From IMG/VR virus record IMGVR_UViG_2718218127_000003: 21,552 nucleotides of DNA. One strand, written 5' to 3'. The position numbers and the translations under genes were made by a program. The DNA comes from a virus (Duplodnaviria > Heunggongvirae > Uroviricota > Caudoviricetes). Below are positions 16,257-21,552 of this stretch, one piece after another. Positions within the stretch are counted from its first letter, which is position 1. Each line of letters begins with the position of its first letter. The notes under the pieces were generated by a model. The model worked only from the letters and a program-made list of their open reading frames with translations. It searched no databases and was not told where the DNA came from.

Positions 16257-16793
16257 ATGTCATTTATTAAAACTTTTTCCGGGAAGCATTTTTATTATGA
16301 CAGGATAAATAAAGACGACATCGATATTAACGATATCGCGGTTTCCCTTTCAAATATCTGTCGCTTTGCCGGTCATCTTTCGCACTTCTACAGCGTCGCC
16401 CAACATGCGGTTCTTTGCAGCCAGCTGGTGCCGCAGGAATTTGCTTTTGAAGCGTTAATGCATGATGCAACAGAAGCGTATTGCCAGGACATTCCCGCAC
16501 CACTGAAACGCCTTCTTCCTGACTATAAACAAATGGAAGAAAAAATAGACGCCGTAATCCGTGAGAAATACGGGTTACCCCCAGTTATGAGTACGCCCGT
16601 GAAATATGCCGATCTCATCATGCTGGCAACCGAACGCCGCGATCTCGGGCTTGATGATGGCTCTTTCTGGCCTGTACTGGAAGGTATCCCGGCAACAGAG
16701 ATGTTCAACGTGATTCCACTGGCACCGGGCCATGCCTACGGGATGTTTATGGAACGCTTTAACGAGTTATCGGAGTTACGCAAATGCGCATGA
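16257..16793 (+). CDS. HD-domain phosphohydrolase, YfdR-like (5'-deoxynucleotidase family), 178 aa
   Basis: ...FAGHLSHFYSVAQHAVLCSQL...ALMHDATEAYCQDIPAPLK... is an HD motif. ATG at 16257 with GGAG upstream; the GTG at 16230 used by the ORF track is less likely. Confidence 0.8.
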   Translation: MSFIKTFSGKHFYYDRINKDDIDINDIAVSLSNICRFAGHLSHFYSVAQHAVLCSQLVPQEFAFEALMHDATEAYCQDIPAPLKRLLPDYKQMEEKIDAVIREKYGLPPVMSTPVKYADLIMLATERRDLGLDDGSFWPVLEGIPATEMFNVIPLAPGHAYGMFMERFNELSELRKCA

Positions 16794-17146
16794 ATGTTTT
16801 CGAAATGGAAGGGTTTCTTCGTGGGAGATGTGTACCGCGAGATCTGAAAGTAAATGAAACAGATGCTGAATACCTGGTGCGTAAATTCGATGCGCTTGAA
16901 GCTAAATGTGCAGCACAGGAAAACAAAGTAATACCAGTGTCAACTGAACTGCCACCAGCAAATGAAAGTGTTTTGTTATTCGATGCTAACGGAGAAGGCT
17001 GGCTAATTGGCTGGCGTTCTCTCTGGTACACCTGGGGACAAAAAGAAACCGGAGAATGGCAGTGGACATTTCAGGTCGGGGACCTTGAAAACGTCAATAT
17101 CACTCACTGGGCAGTAATGCCAAAAGCACCGGAGGCTGGAGCATAA
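16784..17146 (+). CDS. DUF551-family prophage protein (YfdS-like), 120 aa
   Basis: C-terminal Trp-rich segment ...GEGWLIGWRSLWYTWGQKETGEWQWTF... SD GGAG. Overlaps its neighbours, consistent with an operon. Confidence 0.75.
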   Translation: MRMNVFEMEGFLRGRCVPRDLKVNETDAEYLVRKFDALEAKCAAQENKVIPVSTELPPANESVLLFDANGEGWLIGWRSLWYTWGQKETGEWQWTFQVGDLENVNITHWAVMPKAPEAGA

Positions 17147-17475
17147 TGACCACTTTTACCGACAAAGAACTGATTAAAGAAATTAAAGAGCGTATCAGCA
17201 GCCTTGACGTGCGAGACGATATTGAGCGCCGTGCTTATGAAATCGCACTCCTATCTCTGGAAGTAGAACCAGATGAACGCGAAGCTTATGAATTATTCAT
17301 GGAAAAGCGTTTCGGTGACTTAGTAGATCGTCGGAGAGCAAAAAACGGCAATAACGAATACATGGCATGGGATATGACTCTCGGTTGGATCGTCTGGCAG
17401 CAACGAGCTGGTATCCATTTTTCAACAATGTCACTGAATCGCCACGGGTTTAACAGACACCTCAGAGTCATTTAA
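17146..17475 (+). CDS. YfdT-like prophage protein; the 3' end is probably altered by the IS insertion at about 17435
   Basis: ATG overlaps the upstream stop (TAATG), with SD GGAGG. The last ~14 codons are read from the IS terminal repeat. Confidence 0.6.
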   Translation: MTTFTDKELIKEIKERISSLDVRDDIERRAYEIALLSLEVEPDEREAYELFMEKRFGDLVDRRRAKNGNNEYMAWDMTLGWIVWQQRAGIHFSTMSLNRHGFNRHLRVI

Positions 17476-17497
17476 GATGGCTTAAAGAGAGGTGCCC

Positions 17498-17748
17498 ATG
17501 AGCGGTAAGCGTTATCCCGAAGAGTTTAAAACTGAAGCAGTCAAACAGGTTGTTGATCGCGGTTATTCTGTTGCCAGCGTTGCAACACGTCTCGATATCA
17601 CCACCCACAGCCTTTATGCCTGGATAAAGAAGTACGGTCCGGATTCTTCCACTAATAAAGAACAGTCAGATGCTCAGGCCGAGATCCGCCGTCTCCAGAA
17701 AGAGCTGAAACGGGTTACCGACGAACGGGACATATTAAAAAAAGCCGC
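17498..17748 (+). pseudogene. IS3-family OrfA (HTH), interrupted by IS30; the last 9 codons resume at 18972-18999
   Basis: MSGKRYPEEFKTEAVKQVVDRGYSVASVATRLDITTHSLYAWIKKYG...ILKKAA, then after IS30 AYFAKLSD*. Confidence 0.8.
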
Positions 17749-18969
17749 TGTAGATTCAATTGGTCAACGCAACAGTTATGTGAAAACATGGGGTTGCGGA
17801 GGTTTTTTGAATGAGACGAACATTTACAGCAGAGGAAAAAGCCTCTGTTTTTGAACTATGGAAGAACGGAACAGGCTTCAGTGAAATAGCGAATATCCTG
17901 GGTTCAAAACCCGGAACGATCTTCACTATGTTAAGGGATACTGGCGGCATAAAACCCCATGAGCGTAAGCGGGCTGTAGCTCACCTGACACTGTCTGAGC
18001 GCGAGGAGATACGAGCTGGTTTGTCAGCCAAAATGAGCATTCGTGCGATAGCTACTGCGCTGAATCGCAGTCCTTCGACGATCTCACGTGAAGTTCAGCG
18101 TAATCGGGGCAGACGCTATTACAAAGCTGTTGATGCTAATAACCGAGCCAACAGAATGGCGAAAAGGCCAAAACCGTGCTTACTGGATCAAAATTTACCA
18201 TTGCGAAAGCTTGTTCTGGAAAAGCTGGAGATGAAATGGTCTCCAGAGCAAATATCAGGATGGTTAAGGCGAACAAAACCACGTCAAAAAACGCTGCGAA
18301 TATCACCTGAGACAATTTATAAAACGCTGTACTTTCGTAGCCGTGAAGCGCTACACCACCTGAATATACAGCATCTGCGACGGTCGCATAGCCTTCGCCA
18401 TGGCAGGCGTCATACCCGCAAAGGCGAAAGAGGTACGATTAACATAGTGAACGGAACACCAATTCACGAACGTTCCCGAAATATCGATAACAGACGCTCT
18501 CTGGGGCATTGGGAGGGCGATTTAGTCTCAGGTACAAAAAACTCTCATATAGCCACACTTGTAGACCGAAAATCACGTTATACGATCATCCTTAGACTCA
18601 GGGGCAAAGATTCTGTCTCAGTAAATCAGGCTCTTACCGACAAATTCCTGAGTTTACCGTCAGAACTCAGAAAATCACTGACATGGGACAGAGGAATGGA
18701 ACTGGCCAGACATCTAGAATTTACTGTCAGCACCGGCGTTAAAGTTTACTTCTGCGATCCTCAGAGTCCTTGGCAGCGGGGAACAAATGAGAACACAAAT
18801 GGGCTAATTCGGCAGTACTTTCCTAAAAAGACATGTCTTGCCCAATATACTCAACATGAACTAGATCTGGTTGCTGCTCAGCTAAACAACAGACCGAGAA
18901 AGACACTGAAGTTCAAAACACCGAAAGAGATAATTGAAAGGGGTGTTGCATTGACAGATTGAATCTACA
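17749..18969 (+). mobile_element. IS30, complete (1221 bp) with a 2-bp GC target duplication
   Basis: Ends TGTAGATTCAATTGGTCAACGC... and ...GACAGATTGAATCTACA. GC is present on both flanks. Confidence 0.9.
17811..18962 (+). CDS. insI: IS30 transposase (383 aa)
   Basis: MRRTFTAEEKASVFELWKNGTGFSEIANILGSKPGTIFTMLRDTGG... through the DDE domain to the IS30 end. Confidence 0.9.
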   Translation: MRRTFTAEEKASVFELWKNGTGFSEIANILGSKPGTIFTMLRDTGGIKPHERKRAVAHLTLSEREEIRAGLSAKMSIRAIATALNRSPSTISREVQRNRGRRYYKAVDANNRANRMAKRPKPCLLDQNLPLRKLVLEKLEMKWSPEQISGWLRRTKPRQKTLRISPETIYKTLYFRSREALHHLNIQHLRRSHSLRHGRRHTRKGERGTINIVNGTPIHERSRNIDNRRSLGHWEGDLVSGTKNSHIATLVDRKSRYTIILRLRGKDSVSVNQALTDKFLSLPSELRKSLTWDRGMELARHLEFTVSTGVKVYFCDPQSPWQRGTNENTNGLIRQYFPKKTCLAQYTQHELDLVAAQLNNRPRKTLKFKTPKEIIERGVALTD

Positions 18970-19055
18970 GCGGCGTACTTCGCAAAGCTGTCCGACTGAG
19001 GTACGCCTTTATCCGTGACAACTCCTGTTGCTGGCCTGTTCGCCTGCTCTGTCGG

Positions 19056-19868
19056 GTGCTGGATGTTCATCCCAGTGGTTTTTACGCCTGGCTTCAGCAG
19101 CCGCATTCACAACGCCATCAGGCAGACCTGAGACTGACAGGACAGATTAAACAGTTCTGGCTGGAATCGGGATGCGTCTATGGTTATCGCAAAATCCATC
19201 TGGATTTGCGTGACAGCGGGCAACAGTGCGGAGTAAACAGAGTCTGGAGACTGATGAAACGTGTCGGAATAAAGGCTCAGGTCGGATACCGAAGCCCGCG
19301 GGCACGTAAAGGCGAGGCCAGTATCGTGTCACCCAACAGGCTCCAGCGACAGTTCAATCCGGATGCTCCTGATGAGCGTTGGGTAACGGACATAACCTAC
19401 ATCAGGACCCACGAAGGCTGGCTGTATCTTGCCGTTGTTGTTGATCTGTTCTCACGCAAAATTATCGGCTGGTCCATGCAATCCCGGATGACAAAGGACA
19501 TTGTCCTGAACGCACTGCTGATGGCTGTATGGCGGCGTAATCCCGAAAAACAGGTGCTGGTTCATTCGGATCAGGGCAGTCAGTACACAAGCCATGAGTG
19601 GCAGTCGTTCCTGAAATCACACGGCCTGGAGGGTAGCATGAGCCGTCGCGGTAACTGCCATGATAATGCGGTTGCAGAAAGTTTTTTCCAGTTGTTGAAA
19701 CGTGAACGGATAAAGAAAAAGATCTACGGAACGCGGGAAGAAGCCCGCAGTGATATTTTTGATTACATCGAAATGTTTTATAACAGTAAGCGTCGGCATG
19801 GTTCTAGCGAACAGATGTCACCGACAGAATATGAAAACCAGTATTATCAACGGCTCGGAAGTGTCTAG
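19056..19868 (+). CDS. IS3-family OrfB transposase (rve/DDE domain); the 5' part overlaps orfA and is normally reached by a -1 frameshift
   Basis: ...WVTDITYIRTHEGWLYLAVVVDLFSRKIIGWSM...LVHSDQGSQYTS...GNCHDNAVAESFF... Confidence 0.85.
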   Translation: MLDVHPSGFYAWLQQPHSQRHQADLRLTGQIKQFWLESGCVYGYRKIHLDLRDSGQQCGVNRVWRLMKRVGIKAQVGYRSPRARKGEASIVSPNRLQRQFNPDAPDERWVTDITYIRTHEGWLYLAVVVDLFSRKIIGWSMQSRMTKDIVLNALLMAVWRRNPEKQVLVHSDQGSQYTSHEWQSFLKSHGLEGSMSRRGNCHDNAVAESFFQLLKRERIKKKIYGTREEARSDIFDYIEMFYNSKRRHGSSEQMSPTEYENQYYQRLGSV

Positions 19869-19964
19869 ATTATCCGTGGCGATTCACTTCTCAGTGAGAA
19901 GGCCTTATTTGTATTGTTTCAAAAAATTACTAAAATGCAGTTTCGTTACGCAATTTTCTATAGA

Positions 19965-21221
19965 TTACTGATAGTCATCAGCAAGTCCGCTACTAAATAA
20001 CGTTTCTGCATTTTCAGCGGTAGCAACAGCATCCTGCACATCCTGCCGTTTCAAATCTAACACTCGTAATTTACCCTTTACTTCGGCGACAGATTCGATT
20101 CGCCTGTAAGCATCAGAATGATGTTCGGCATATAGCGCAAGTCCTTCCAGTTTGGGCAAAGCATCAGCCAGATGTAGGCTATGTGGATCTACCAGGTCCA
20201 CAACCATTTTGCCATCCTGTTCGGCAAAGAACAGGAAATCGGGACGAACAATCTTGTACTGTTCAGCTTCAACATAAGCGATTCCCAGTGACGACTGCCC
20301 TGTGTACTGTGGATTACGATACCAGAAAGCAAATCCTTCACGTTTGGTTTCGATCTCAAAAACCTTGGTTTCCCAATGGTTCAACAGAGCCGGATAGTTC
20401 CCGCTTTCGTCACACAACAAATGGTGTTTCCAGACTGGAAGGTCAGCTTCCTTTTCACCTTCACGCACCCTGGTCATTTCAAACTTGTTCGCCGGCCTGA
20501 CCAGATCCACATCCTGCGGTTCGGTACTCATTTCGACGATTTGACGATAGGCCTCTTTACGCTCATCTTTCAACGACTTGATTTGCGGTGTGTACTCGGC
20601 CAGCCACGCCTTCGCCAGTCTATCGGCCTCGCCATCGAAGTAATCCTGCACCTCCATCACCAGCCCCATGCCAGCAACGGTAACACGAGCCTCCATGATT
20701 GCTTCCAGATATTCCTCTGCATCCTCTTCTCGATCCGCAACCTTATCGGCCAGATATTCGACATAGGTACGTGAAACATCCGGGCTGAAAATTCGGGCTG
20801 CACGCCGGTAGGCGTCATCAATCACCGTTACGTCCGCCTCCTCCCAGAATTCGTTGAAGGTCATTGCTTTGTTCTTGAGGCTGGCAACCACAGCCTTACC
20901 ATCTACGACGAGCACTGCATTGCGTTTGTTTTTGATTTTCTCGGCATTTTCTATCTGGAACTTGTCCAGAACAGCGTGCAAAGCAGCATGGGCTTTCCTG
21001 ACTGCCCCATCAAGAATACCGTCATCAACCAGTTCCTGTGCCAGCGCGGTCAGACGTCTGGCGGGTCTGGCTCCTTTCTGTGGTCGGGTTTGCGAAGGTA
21101 GCGCTTCAAATGCTTCCCATACTTCAGCTGAAGCAGCCGGGTTAGGTTTCATCTCCACAGGGTTAACCAGGATGCGTCCGCTTGGAGGAGAGGTATCATC
21201 GCCCTTAAACAAGGTATTGAC
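19965..21221 (-). pseudogene. 3' portion (at least 415 codons) of a large gene of unknown function; the 5' part is separated or removed by the IS1 insertion
   Basis: The reading frame is open right up to the IS1 left inverted repeat at 21222, where the only in-frame stop lies inside IS1. The first codon in the ORF track is TTG, with no credible start. The C-terminal region ...YKIVRPDFLFFAEQDGKMVVDLVDPHS... is faintly nuclease-like. Confidence 0.55.
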
Positions 21222-21552
21222 GGTGATGCTGCCAACTTACTGATTTAGTGTATGATGGTGTTTTTGAGGTGCTCCAGTGGCTTCTGTTTCTATCAGCTGT
21301 CCCTCCTGTTCAGCTACTGACGGGGTGGTGCGTAACGGCAAAAGCACTGCCGGACATCAGCGCTATCTCTGCTCTCACTGCCGTAAAACATGGCAACTGC
21401 AGTTCACTTACACCGCTTCTCAACCCGGTACGCACCAGAAAATCATTGATATGGACATGAATGGCGTTGGATGCCGGGCAACCGCCCGCATTATGGGCGT
21501 TGGCCTCAACACGATTTTCCGCCATTTAAAAAACTCAGGCCGCAGTCGGTAA
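21222..21552 (+). mobile_element. IS1, left end and insA; truncated by the window edge
   Basis: Left inverted repeat GGTGATGCTGCCAACTTACTGATTTAGTGTATGATGGTG begins at 21222. Confidence 0.85.
21277..21552 (+). CDS. insA: IS1 InsA (91 aa)
   Basis: [59 protein letters not shown]..., with a GTG start as in IS1. Confidence 0.9.
   Translation: MASVSISCPSCSATDGVVRNGKSTAGHQRYLCSHCRKTWQLQFTYTASQPGTHQKIIDMDMNGVGCRATARIMGVGLNTIFRHLKNSGRSR

Larger units (their letters stand above)
17435..19886 (+). mobile_element. IS3-family insertion sequence (orfA/orfB type), itself interrupted by IS30
   Basis: Terminal inverted repeats TGAATCGCCACGG (17435) and CCGTGGCGATTCA (ending 19886). orfA and orfB are separated by the 1221-bp IS30. 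Without IS30 the element is about 1.23 kb. The arrangement resembles the insN-insI-insO configuration I recall from E. coli K-12; the exact IS name is not certain. Confidence 0.6.

Noticed and set aside
19887-19964. Palindrome CTTCTCAGTGAGAAG next to the IS3-family right end as a terminator
   Set aside because: The stem has an unusably short loop, and the flanking T-rich run is interrupted. It more likely reflects target or terminal-repeat sequence.
1-21552. Integrase/excisionase, CRISPR array, rRNA or toxin-antitoxin pair
   Set aside because: No tyrosine or serine recombinase-like translation, no regularly spaced short repeats, and no rRNA-like sequence were seen. The YdaS/YdaT-like pair is interpreted as Cro/CII-type regulators rather than a toxin-antitoxin system.

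Overview
The window is a mosaic, defective lambdoid prophage of Escherichia/Shigella type (about 1.6-17.4 kb), bounded on the left by a 62-nt 3' fragment of tRNA-Ser(CGA) that looks like an att remnant, and cut up by IS elements: an IS2-like end at 1-223, an IS3-family element split by IS30 at 17435-19886, and IS1 from 21222 to the window edge. Reading the minus strand in the late direction: Q antiterminator, a tR'-like terminator, cargo genes (blc-like lipocalin on the + strand, YbgA/TudS-like protein, AppY-like AraC regulator), then pinholin, YdfR-like protein, SAR endolysin and Rz with embedded Rz1, a lambda-type cos site, and a nu1 fragment fused by deletion to the 3' end of stf, followed by tfa. 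The immunity region has a YdaS-like cro and a cI-like repressor (HTH plus S24 peptidase) divergent around palindromic operators, then a pL-like promoter, an antisense 173-aa coiled-coil/zinc-ribbon gene, about 470 bp of GC-rich structured non-coding DNA, and a yfdP-yfdQ-yfdR-yfdS-yfdT-like early-left module. No integrase, CRISPR array, rRNA or intact tRNA was seen. The best candidates for undescribed function are AT-rich single genes at classical accessory hotspots (the bor position at 3969-4661 and the rex position at 13886-14407), the cargo placed inside the Q-dependent late operon, and a large gene truncated by IS1 at 19965-21221. All family assignments come from reading the translations and recalled family knowledge; nothing was searched against a database.
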